Shown here one piece after another: positions 54,492 to 64,000 of a stretch of 64,000 bases of DNA. A program made the position numbers and the translations under genes. The notes below the pieces were generated by a model. The model did not search any database. It was given only the letters and a program-made list of their open reading frames with translations, and had not been told where the DNA came from. Every line of letters starts with the position of its first letter. The stretch's first letter is position 1. Source of the DNA: Hydrolagus affinis (Eukaryota); assembly GCA_012026655.1 (NCBI GenBank), contig JAAILG010000011.1, positions 62,001-126,000 on the forward strand. Reading direction: 5' to 3'.

Positions 54492-54957
54492 GTAAATCAT
54501 TGACACTGTTCTGTTGCTGAATGAGAAGCCTGGTGCGTACAGTGGGGTCTAAATCATGGTACATGGTGGGATTGCTTAATGAGTAATCCCATTAGAATTC
54601 CTGTGGCTGTGCGCTTCTCCATTTATATAAATTGGGCTCCTTGTTAAGAAATCCCATTATAAACTCGAGCAAATTAGATCCCAATATATTTTGGTTGACT
54701 TGCACATCGAGCACTTCCTGAGGACAGCTACCAATTAATTGAATACGATCATTGAACTGATTATAACTGAAAGACAGACTTCTCATTCCTAAGGCAGCTG
54801 CATTGAGCCGAGCAGTTATATTTGTACATATTTTAACATGTGGCATAAGGCATCATAATTAATGGGTGCTCCTTTTGCAATGGGATGTGGGATTGAGTGC
54901 AGCCTGGATTTGTAGGTGATCTAAGTTTGAAATCTCCAATGTGTTCGACCTCTGCAG

Positions 54958-55079
54958 GCATTTCCAGCAGCATGAACTTTGATGAGGAGGAGGATGAGGA
55001 AGATGAAGATAGCTCCAGTTCCTCTCAGCTGAACAGCAACACCAGGCCTGGCTCCGCTTCTAGTAAAAAATCCAATAAG
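54958..55079 (+). CDS. TUB: TUB coding exon 6 ([41 protein letters not shown])
   Basis: ctgcag|GCATTTCC...AATAAG|gtgaga; 122 nt; acidic/Ser-rich segment typical of Tub. Confidence 0.95.
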
Positions 55080-55504
55080 GTGAGAGGTAGATACAGAGCT
55101 GATTCAACACAAGAAATTAATTTCATTGTGACCCTCAATCATATTCTTTTGAAAAGGGTAAACTGCACGACTGGTAATGCACACTGTCCGTATATGCCTG
55201 AGATCTGGTTTGAAATCCAGCATAGGTTGATGAGGTCCGTTATTGGGAAGCGCTTTGAGAGGCCGTTCAGCATGGAGGGCACTATATAAAAAAAACAAGT
55301 TGTTGTTGTTGAGACAGAAGTTTAAGTGTGGTACAGAACGGCATCAGTTTATATCCTGAGGTCATACAGATGCTTTACTCCTTGTCTGGACTTCATTAGA
55401 TATTTCCACTGGACGGAAAAGATTAACAGTTACAATCTCCAGCACTGACAAGCCTAAGAAACACAGAGAAAAGATGATGGGAGTGTTTTAGTGTTTTAGT
55501 GCTT

Positions 55505-55712
55505 ACAACATACAAAAACAACAAAATTGTATAGCGCCTTTCACGTCAGGAGGATGTTCCAAGGCACTGCACAGACGTTGTTTCAGACCCGAGCTCGGGT
55601 CAGGGATGCGGGATGGGGTGGGGGAGAGGAAGTGGGGGGAATTGGGGTAACCGATGGGACTGTCGAAGAGGAGGGTTTTGAGGTGGGACTTGAAGGAAGC
55701 CAGGGAGGGGAT
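55505..55712 (-). mobile_element. L2-clade LINE 3' end (TUB intron 6)
   Basis: ORF 55503..55844 contains PSLASFKSHLKTLLFD (L2 ORF2 C-terminus) and then the tail GTGAAAGGCGCTATAC..TTGTTG. Confidence 0.8.
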
Positions 55713-55762
55713 ACTTAACAATATTTCCTTGATACAGAGCTTAACTGCCACTTGTTTTCCAG

Positions 55763-55954
55763 GAAGCAGCCTCTGTCTCAACCCCTCCGTGCAACGATGC
55801 TTTGATAGATGTCGACGACCTCGAGGAGTTTTCTTTGAGACCATCTCCGCAGGGAGTCACCGTCAAATGCCGCATCACAAGGGACAAGAAGGGGATGGAT
55901 CGGGGAATGTATCCCACCTACTACCTCCACTTGGAAAGAGATGATGGGAAAAAG
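55763..55954 (+). CDS. TUB: TUB coding exon 7 (start of tubby domain, ...[30 protein letters not shown])
   Basis: ttttccag|GAAGCAGCC...AAAAAG|gtcaga; 192 nt. Confidence 0.96.
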
Positions 55955-56039
55955 GTCAGAAATAAATCCGAGAGCTTTACTGCAAGTTAGAAACATCCTT
56001 CAGATCTCAACCTACATTTGCCTTGGTACACAGTGTATC

Positions 56040-56400
56040 CCATTTGTAAACTGTGCGTAATTTTGGGTGCCCTATCTTCAAAAAGACAATGAAATATTAA
56101 TGGGGGCTTAAGAAGGTTTTTAACCAGGTGATTGCTGGATTTATTGCTTTGTTCTGGTTCTCATTGACGGGGGAAGAAGACACGATCCAGCTCTTTAAAA
56201 TGCTAAGAGACATAGTGATAATCAGGCAAGTTAAGTGTGGTTGTGAAAGCAGAAACAGAAGTGGTTTGAAGATCAAAGAGCCTCTTAAAGCAGGGCTGTA
56301 AACCAAAGTGAACAAACACTCCAGAACACTCCAGTTGGTTTGGGATTTCCCAGCTGCAGGTACTAGAATCTTGCTTGGAGTAGGGAAGATATTATATTAT
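56040..56400 (+). mobile_element. Highly degenerate CR1-clade fragment
   Basis: TTTTGGGTGCCCTATCTTCAAAAAGAC (FW.PYLQKD-like) and CAGCTCTTTAAAATGCTAAGA (QLFKMLR) resemble CR1 ORF2. Confidence 0.45.
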
Positions 56401-56704
56401 ATTGTCTTTGGAGAAAAAGGAACATTTCCTCCCTCTCCCCATCCCCCGAGTTTGCATTCAAACAATTTTTTTAGAGAGATTCTCTACAAATTCTACTGTT
56501 TATTATCTTTGCAGCTGTATATTCCCTTGTTAAAGAAATCTCAAAATGCTTCACAGATGTTTACTGATAACTAAGGTGACTGTTTTGTCGGGAGATTTAT
56601 TTACCAATAAATGGTAAAGTTGAAAGGCCAACGAGTGTGTGTTGCGTTTTCCTGCTTTCTTTCTGGTGAGGATTGAATAAATCAATTCTGAATAAGTTGC
56701 TTGG

Positions 56705-57023
56705 GGAGTCCGGTTTCTCAGTGGTTAGAGCACTCGCCTTACAAATGTGAGATCTGTGTTCAAATCCAGGCAGGTCAGAGTGAAACCTTGGGCAAATTTC
56801 CTTACTCCACATGCCTAATAATAACCCCTCCAAAAAAACCACAATAATGAAATTGGTCATTTTCAATCCACGAATGTTTGTGGAACACTGCTGTGCATAA
56901 TTGGCTGCCACATTTCACCCACAAATCTACAATCAATTCACTTTACAGTATACTCTGTGAAGCGCTTTGAGACGTCTAAAAAACTTAAAAAATGCTATAA
57001 CAAATGCAAGAATTATTATTATT
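56705..57023 (+). mobile_element. tRNA-derived SINE, full length, ending ~42 nt before exon 8
   Basis: Family head, body and tail. Confidence 0.9.
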
Positions 57024-57065
57024 CCTTTGACTGTGATGACGGTATCTTCCCTCCTTATTCTCCAG

Positions 57066-57178
57066 GTGTTCCTGTTGGCAGGAAGGAAACGCAAGAAGAG
57101 CAAGACATCAAATTACCTCATCTCTGTCGACCCCACTGACCTGTCGCGGGGCGGAGAGAGCTTTGTTGGCAAACTTAG
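57066..57178 (+). CDS. TUB: TUB coding exon 8 ([38 protein letters not shown])
   Basis: ctccag|GTGTTC...CTTAG|gtaagc; 113 nt; includes the KLR phosphoinositide-binding residues. Confidence 0.97.
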
Positions 57179-57427
57179 GTAAGCCAGTCCCATAAGTCAC
57201 TGCTGCTATTACTATACTTCTTGTGATTGTGACTGAGGTCAGAAACACATGGTGCTATTGTGAATGCCATGTTAGAAGTGGAATTCTACTGTACGGTTAG
57301 GCCGGATAACTGATACTGTCGCTGCTTATAGAAGGTTCCATTGTGGTTTAGAATAATAACATCGACTGAGTTCGGTGTGCGTATGTGTGAGACTTCTTCA
57401 GCAAATTGTGATCCATTTGCTTTGCAG

Positions 57428-57542
57428 ATCAAATTTAATGGGCACGAAGTTCACAGTGTACGATAATGGAATGAATCCTGAAAAGGGAAGTTCAAGCTTA
57501 GAGGCAAGCAACTTGCGTCAGGAGCTGGCGGCCATATGTTAT
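57428..57542 (+). CDS. TUB: TUB coding exon 9 ([14 protein letters not shown]...RQELAAICY)
   Basis: tttgcag|ATCAAAT...TGTTAT|gtaagt; 115 nt. Confidence 0.97.
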
Positions 57543-58737
57543 GTAAGTTCTGTTCTGAGAGTTAGGTTTGCAAGTACAGTACAGTACTGTGTTCGGTAGG
57601 CAAGCAAGTTAGCAGCACCCGATTGCTAGGCCTTTGTCAGTGCAGCCGTAACCATTCCCTAAGAAATCAGTGAAGGTTGATGTGGGGCATTTCAGTTGGT
57701 AAAATCCAGGGGGAAAGTTGTGTAGTTCAAGCCTAGAGTACGTAACAGGCAGCACCACAAACAGGCTACAGTCAGAGACCACTGTAACCAAGCCAGCTGT
57801 CTCAACAATTTGATCTTATTTGTTCTTGTGAGCATAGAAAGAAGTGGGTGTGGAAATTGACAAGTCCTAGATTCCTACTGTCTATTGAACGCTCCAGCCG
57901 CTGCCTGACCTTCACTTTCGTGCCTCCCTTTTGACAGCATGGCTCAAGAATATTCAGCTTGACAAATCTTGGGTTTGCTCTTTTGTGTGAATCCGTAAAC
58001 GGAAAGGCAATGCTGGTTCCAGCATTTAGACTGAAATACACATCCCCGACTGAGCTATAGCTGTAACGAGCAGTCCTAGCAGTAGTCAACATTTCTCCCC
58101 ATCTCCCAAACATTTGCAGTCTCCAGCCTTGTGTACTGCTCACAGCACTTACCAGTCAGCTCGTTCCCTTGTAAACTACTCTTCTCAGTTCAGTTTGCTG
58201 ACAGAAATCACTTGGATGCCTTCAGAAACTTCCCTTAAGTTTGTTGTGAGCCAACGATCAACCGTATCTGGAGGATTCAAAGTGCATCTTATTGAAACAG
58301 CATTTCAGGAATTGTTTGAAGCAAGCTTTTATCATGAGTCTTCTTGTAGTAAACTAAACCTTCTAAGACCCTGCAATCTCCCTGCAGGTAAAATTCGTTG
58401 GATGTTGCAGTTTGACATTGGGGGTCAAAAATGTGGCATTTCCATTTTTTGTGCTTTTACTATTTTTGCACTAATTACGAATCTCAGTTTAAAAGATTTT
58501 CAAAGGGCAGATTTCAAAACAAAACAGCCAGTGAGTTACAATTGCAACAACCTTTTCCATTGAATGTGAATAGTCATGTTTATGTTTTTTTAATAGTGGT
58601 CAGTTGTTGCCATCTGTTTGCCAGATGTGCAACTTAAACGTTCATCATAATTTTGTTAAAATATCTGTTATCAGTTTCTGAAAAGATAATATATACATAT
58701 ATATATATATAGTTAAAAAATATGTCATTTCCTTTAG

Positions 58738-58836
58738 GAAACAAATGTTCTGGGTTTTAAGGGACCACGGAAGATGAGTGTAATTATCCCCGGCATGAAC
58801 ATGGACCACGAAAGAGTCTCCATCAGGCCACGAAAC
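58738..58836 (+). CDS. TUB: TUB coding exon 10 ([33 protein letters not shown])
   Basis: cctttag|GAAACAAAT...CGAAAC|gtaagt; 99 nt; not in the ORF track but read directly. Confidence 0.97.
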
Positions 58837-59324
58837 GTAAGTCCAAGGAGAGAGTAACAGACTCCAAATGGAGCCCATGATTTTGTTGGGCTTCTGTCTG
58901 TCAGGGAAGGTGGTGCAGTGAGCCTGTCATTGTACAATTAATGGTTACATTTCATTGGTCTCCAGTTCAAGAAGCAATGAGGTACAGATCTTTGGATCTC
59001 GGATCCCACCAAAATGTAATAAACATGTCTAAACTTCTGTGTTGTGCTGATAGATACCAGGCAGATGCTGATTCCAGGTGTTTTATATTAACAGGCGGTT
59101 ACTGTACATGTAAGAGTGAAGAGATGCAATCCTTTGGAATTGGAATGTGTTTGGTTTACTGCAACGTTAATGTCTTATTCAGCTGGAGGGAAATTGTTCT
59201 TATTTAGTTCAACAAAAGTTTGTTAGCATGTTCGTCACCATTGAGGTAGGGGTTGCAATCTTGGGATCCCATAGGTAATGGTGCTCTTGAAATTTCAGGA
59301 TTCACTGATGAGTATCTACTGCTT

Positions 59325-59640
59325 CTCGTGGTGTCTTAGTTGGCAAAGGTATTGCAAAACTGAGCCATAAAGACGTGGGAGGTCTCTGGTTCAATATACG
59401 CTGTATGCCAAGTTAGCTGATACCATCCAAGGCAACATAATTAATCTTAGGGCCCAGAGGGGAAAGAACAGCCAAGTTTCCTGATAGCTTTCCAATTCTC
59501 CCTACCCCACAGTGTGTTTGTGGCGAATGAGTGAGAACAAGGTAGGATTTTCCTGTGACATTGCCAAACAGTTGTATAGCCTGCCAACGCTCGCTGTGTA
59601 GACTGACATGAACGCAGTTTGGGCAGAGAGTTGGATGTTG
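59325..59640 (+). mobile_element. LF-SINE-like ancient SINE (TUB intron 10)
   Basis: ACTGAGCCATA..GGAGGTCTCTGGTTCAA..AGTTAGCTGAT..ATAGCCTGCCAACGCTCGCTGTGTAGACT resembles the recalled LF-SINE consensus. Related fragments at ~7705-7800 (+) and ~10515-10630 (-). Confidence 0.55.
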
Positions 59641-59729
59641 ACCTGTTTAACGGAACTTTATTTTAGGAGAAGAACTTTTAAGCAAATGAAACTCTGTGCT
59701 GAGTAACTCTTCCTTTTTATTCAATGAAG

Positions 59730-59901
59730 GAGCACGAAACGTTACTGGCAAGATGGCAGAACAAAAGCACAGAGAGCGTCATTGAGCTGCACAACAAAAC
59801 TCCGGTGTGGAATGACGACACGCAATCCTACGTCCTCAATTTTCACGGTCGAGTTACACAGGCCTCTGTGAAGAATTTCCAGATTATTCACGACAATGAC
59901 C
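59730..59901 (+). CDS. TUB: TUB coding exon 11 ([12 protein letters not shown]...[33 protein letters not shown])
   Basis: caatgaag|GAGCAC...AATGACC|gtaagt; 172 nt; tubby signature [14 protein letters not shown]. Confidence 0.97.
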
Positions 59902-60003
59902 GTAAGTAGAAAGTTTGTGGTGATTTGCGACGCCAATCGCTGAATCAGGATTCTGCAACATTTCCAGCGAGGCAATGGAAGGACATTTTCCACCTTCTGG
60001 ATA

Positions 60004-60319
60004 TAAATAATAATAATAATCCTTTGATATTTGCATTCGATATGGCGCTTTTTACGTCTTCTTGACGTGCACAGTGCTTCACAGAAGATACTGTAAAATG
60101 ACTGTATATTTGTGGGTGAAACGTGGTAGCCAATTGGCACAGCAGATTATCACAAACAGTCGTGGATTGAAATGACCAATTTATTATTGTTTTTTATTGT
60201 GTGATTATTATTAGGCATGAGGAATAAGGAAACATGCCCATGGTTTTGCCCTACCTGGAAATGAATCCAGGTCTCTCGCTTGAAAGGCGAGTGCTCTAAC
60301 TACTGAGCTACAGGGCTTC
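60004..60319 (-). mobile_element. tRNA-derived SINE, full length, ~100 nt after exon 11
   Basis: Reverse-complement family head, body and tail. Confidence 0.9.
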
Positions 60320-60402
60320 TACACACATACACACATATATATATATATATATATTATAGATATATATATCTAGTTGTGTATATATATATATATATATATA
60401 TA
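60320..60402. repeat. (CA)/(TA)n microsatellite cluster
   Basis: Read directly. Confidence 0.9.
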
Positions 60403-62304
60403 GTGATTCTCCATTTTGCTGTCTTCATGATGTTCAATATGGTGAGGTGTAACTGTGTAGCATTTCAAAATACTTCTACCTTTTTTATTGTCAATACACT
60501 CACAACTCCTGGAAATGGGAAGCAAATAATCCCAGATCGAACACTGGGGAAAGCCTTGCATAATGTCATGTCCAAACGTCTCAATCTCCCAAACCAGCGC
60601 CTTGGGAAGTCCTCCTGACGTGAAAGGCGCTCTATATATGGAATTTTGTTGCTGTGACTCCCTCTGTGACATGTTGTCCAATTACCTGTATATTGTTCTA
60701 AAGATCTAGAGTGAAGAGAAACATTGCACAACAAAACATGATTCTGAAATCATTGTCGATGGAATTTAACTTATTTTCGAAAGAATTTCTGCATTTGACA
60801 TTTAGACCATATACTGTAGTTCCAAAACAATTCTGAGGAGAGCTCAGGGCTACAGGGTTAAACCATGCAGTCTTATCTCAAAGAGTAATTTCCTGATACA
60901 GAGCAGCATGTCCACTTTCCCGACAGGAAGTGTGTGCATCGCGTGTGTGTGCATGTGTGTGCAATCCTGCTGGGGCATAATGTACTAACTGCTTCCACAA
61001 ATTCATGGTCAAAGTTCTTCTTTGACCATGCACACATGAACACACAATACAACGCTGAACTGATCAAGAATAAGAATCTCATTCCTTCACCCACTTTAAA
61101 AAGGCCTGCAGCCTTTGCCGTATACATACATTACTGTTGTCGGTGTACAGTGCAGACTGTCTGCATTGATAAACTTCCCAACATGCAGACAATCCAATAT
61201 TTGAACGTCAACATCAATCAGTATTAAACTTCCACACAGGATATGAGGCAGGCTGTTTGAGCTTTTGTTTCTCCTCCCTTCTCTCACTGCCAACCTCCCA
61301 CTCCACAACCCGACATAAGATAAATCTGATGTTTTGATTAAATTTATAGAATGGATGGAAATAGTTTAATGGACGAGACTATAGAGATAGATCAGTCCCT
61401 GAATAACTATTTGCGAATCGACATTTAAACACTTTTAGAGATGTTTTAGAGCAATTGTCTCAATGTCATGGGCCGCTTTTCAGCTCTACTTGCTCTTTGC
61501 TGCTTTTCAAAGCGGTTAATCATTGCTCTGTGTTGTTAATCATAGCATTGAGCAGTAATCCTTCTTCCAAAGGCTGGTTACCCCTGAGCATCTGCCTACC
61601 CAATGACAAGATTTACCTTGTTCATCAAGTCAGGAAGACACTGGCAAAACAGGACTCCAACAATGAGTGCCGTATTAACCTTAAGTATTTGCTTACAGGA
61701 AACATTTGCTTCAGCTTGATATTCTTTTCTCCTACCTACCTTCACCTGCCCTGTATGAAGCAGATAAAATCAGTTATTCACTTTGTGGCTGCTTATGGGA
61801 CAAATGCTGCAGTGGAAATTGGCTACTGTGTTTGCCTATGAATACACAGCCTCTACATTTCACAATAAAATTCCTCTGAAGCGCTTTGAACCATCTCAGC
61901 GACATGATAAGGTGTTTCATCAAATACAAGGTTTATTAGATATTATGCTTCACTCCCTGGCTGACAGACAAACTTACTCACAAGCTTCTGTCTCTGGAAG
62001 GAGCTAATGAAAGATACACAAACAGTACCTGGGGGATTTTATCTTCCAGATTCTATCCTTTCCTGTGGTGAGAGCATCTGGGTTTCCCAACACCGTCAAT
62101 CACAGCGGAGATCACACATTGTGCAGTGTTTCATTCCCAAGAGCCCTGTAGCACAGTGCATCAGGATTTACACTAATTATAATGCAAACTCCACCAACAA
62201 GTAACAGGAAGAGAGAACATTGCTGAGACAAAATATGCCATTTTTTTTAAACTTGCAATTGATGTATTGAGTTGCTGGATATTCAGGCAATATTTCCACC
62301 CTAT

Positions 62305-62425
62305 ATCTCAATCCACGACTGTGTGTGGGACAATTGGCTGCCACCCTTCGCCCACAAAATATCCAGTCAATTCACTTTACAGTATATTTTGTGAAGCGCT
62401 AAATCAAATGCATAATTATTATGAT
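62305..62425 (+). mobile_element. SINE 3' fragment ~90 nt before exon 12
   Basis: CAATCCACGACTGTGTGTGGGACAATTGGCTG...AAATGCATAATTATTAT. Confidence 0.8.
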
Positions 62426-62516
62426 GTTTGAAATAGCCTTTGTCCTGCTAAAAAAAATGTATTGTTTTGTTGTTGCAGAATTAACAATTTTGCACATGCT
62501 TTTTTTTTCTTTCCAG

Positions 62517-62650
62517 CGGATTATATAGTGATGCAGTTTGGCAGGGTGGCTGAAGATGTCTTTACCATGGACTATAACTACCCAATGTGTGCACTGCAAG
62601 CATTCGCTATTGCTCTCTCTAGTTTTGATAGTAAACTAGCCTGTGAATAA
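62517..62650 (+). CDS. TUB: TUB coding exon 12 ([44 protein letters not shown])
   Basis: tttccag|CGGATTAT...TGTGAATAA; canonical tubby C-terminus. Confidence 0.97.
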
Positions 62651-64000
62651 ATGGGACACTGCCAGTCTTTCCAAGGAAGCAACATTTTCATCAAGGACAA
62701 ATCCATCATTTCTGCTTTGACCTAATGACCTTTGACAGGCCATAACTCATCATCGTGCGATTTCCGTTTATTTTCTCTTGTTGAATTATTTATCTGTGGA
62801 TATGAGAACACAAGGATACATTGAAAAATACTTGTAATTCTATGGCTTTTTTTTAAAAAAGCATGGCCCGAAAAGTGTTTTTTTTTAATTTGTTTCCCCG
62901 ACTGACTTTAAACGGGAGTTTGGAAACAAAATTGTCTTTTGAAAATAAATGAAGAAAAATGTTTTTTTTCTAATAAAAGGTTTTGTATGAAAATGGCAGC
63001 TACAGAACCTGTGGAAATTTGGCCCAGTGATGAAAGCACAGAGATCTCTGCATGCCAGCTCACTCTTTATTTACTACCCTTTGTATCATTGGCGATGTAC
63101 AGTATAAGCAGATGAGAAAGTACTTTCCCCACATGTGCACTATATTCTCTCTGTCATTTCCGTACAATATGCAGCATTATGATACTTCAGTGACTGACAT
63201 TTCCGATACTGATTTAATCAGGCTCTTAAAGGGAATGGGGAAATTCAGTACTTAAAAAGTGTATGTGTGTATATGTGCATGAGTGGAGGGGAGTGGGGAT
63301 GGGAGGTGGGAATGGGTGGGTGGGATGTTGATAATGAAGAGCTATTTTTAAAGTCAAAGGGTTGGATATAAACACTTTGATTTGCTTTTTTTCTAAGTCT
63401 TTTTCTATTGTCACTGAGGGAGTGGGGGCAGGGATGGGTCTGTCTGTGGGGGGGGGGAATTCTAATTGTTCCAACAGATTCATTGCTGTGGGGTAAATGC
63501 CATTCCCATTTACGATCTTTACCAAATTTGTTCCCAGTGCTTCTGAGCATCTGATATGATTTTAATGTCCTAAATAACAAAACATTATAAATGTAAAACT
63601 AAATGATGAAATTCATTGATTATCGGTAAGCACCCCTTACTGAAGTGTATGTACTGAAGTTCATTTTCGCCATTCTTCGCAACTCTATTTATATATATTT
63701 TTTAAAATGTACTTACGGCAAAAATAAGTTTTTAAAAAGCAGTGTTTCGGTTCAGTCGCAAACCTATGAATCTTGAAGCCATTGAAGGTTTCCATTCCTG
63801 TACAATATGGAGCAGTTCTCTATGCACTCAACTCCGATGGTATAGACAAAGTACATTGCCAACTCTGTGAATGGCAGGACATATTGGCATGAACTCAAAG
63901 TAGTCTATTTGTTGAACACGGATCCAAGCTTTCTTGAATCCCGAAATGTTTGGGAATTATTTGATGTTAAGTACAATCCTGTTTCTCGATGTTCAGCACT
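62651..64000 (+). other. TUB 3'UTR (end not determined); AATAAA hexamers at 62646, 62944, 62972
   Basis: Follows the stop codon; U-rich and largely free of the SINEs that fill the introns; hexamers read directly. Confidence 0.6.

Larger units (their letters stand above)
22580..62650 (+). other. TUB: TUB (tubby) gene, coding span, 12 exons: join(22580..22617,33944..33995,40667..40829,46608..46742,54327..54491,54958..55079,55763..55954,57066..57178,57428..57542,58738..58836,59730..59901,62517..62650)
   Basis: Manually spliced exons total 1500 nt with consistent phases and GT-AG introns. The translation resembles vertebrate Tubby end to end: N-terminal [31 protein letters not shown] (IFT-A-binding/NLS region) and a C-terminal tubby domain ending FDSKLACE*. 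The N-terminus and linker match TUB rather than TULP1/2/3. Confidence 0.96.

Noticed and set aside
58114-58563. 149-aa ORF and other 100-150-aa ORFs in the track (e.g. 28472..28918, 3159..3575, 61455..61841)
   Set aside because: They are intronic or intergenic, have no recognisable homology, and often cross repeats; they are consistent with chance ORFs.
390-60655. Recurrent ~35-60-bp palindromic motif (AGCGCYTT...AARGCGCT) that superficially suggests CRISPR or REP repeats
   Set aside because: The copies are dispersed, occur in both orientations, have no regular spacers and lie in eukaryotic DNA. They are explained as 5'-truncated L2/SINE tails.
22580-62650. Assignment to TULP1/TULP3 or to a pseudogene
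   Set aside because: The N-terminal DWIPYS exon and linker motifs match TUB, and the frame and all splice sites are intact.

Overview
Vertebrate genomic DNA. It is most likely from a cartilaginous fish such as a chimaera or shark; this is inferred from the repeat families and protein divergence, not proven. The window contains one complete, intact protein-coding gene, TUB (tubby), on the + strand. It has 12 coding exons from ATG 22580 to TAA 62650, all introns are GT-AG, and the CDS is 1500 nt (499 aa; 500 aa if the upstream AG of the exon-4 CAGCAG is used). The product runs MSSKHLSDWIPYSVLDDEG...FDSKLACE. Almost every ORF in the supplied track is spurious, either intronic or repeat-derived. 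The rest of the window is intergenic or intronic DNA dense in retroposons: a young tRNA-headed SINE family (short and long variants), older Deu-domain SINEs, LF-SINE-like copies, L2 and CR1 LINE 3' fragments, and one probable non-autonomous DNA transposon with a 62-bp fold-back. I found no convincing wholly new biological system. The best leads are: (i) a covarying 3' stem-loop shared by the SINE and L2 tails; (ii) inverted SINEs tightly bracketing TUB exons 8-11, a circRNA/editing candidate; (iii) a SINE tail forming the exon-3 acceptor region; (iv) stacked uORFs over the TUB start; (v) an unexplained ~325-bp direct duplication at 6.1/8.0 kb; (vi) a ~190-nt AG-exclusion zone with a NAGNAG at exon 4. 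Repeat boundaries are approximate, and family names come from recalled consensus similarity rather than a database search.
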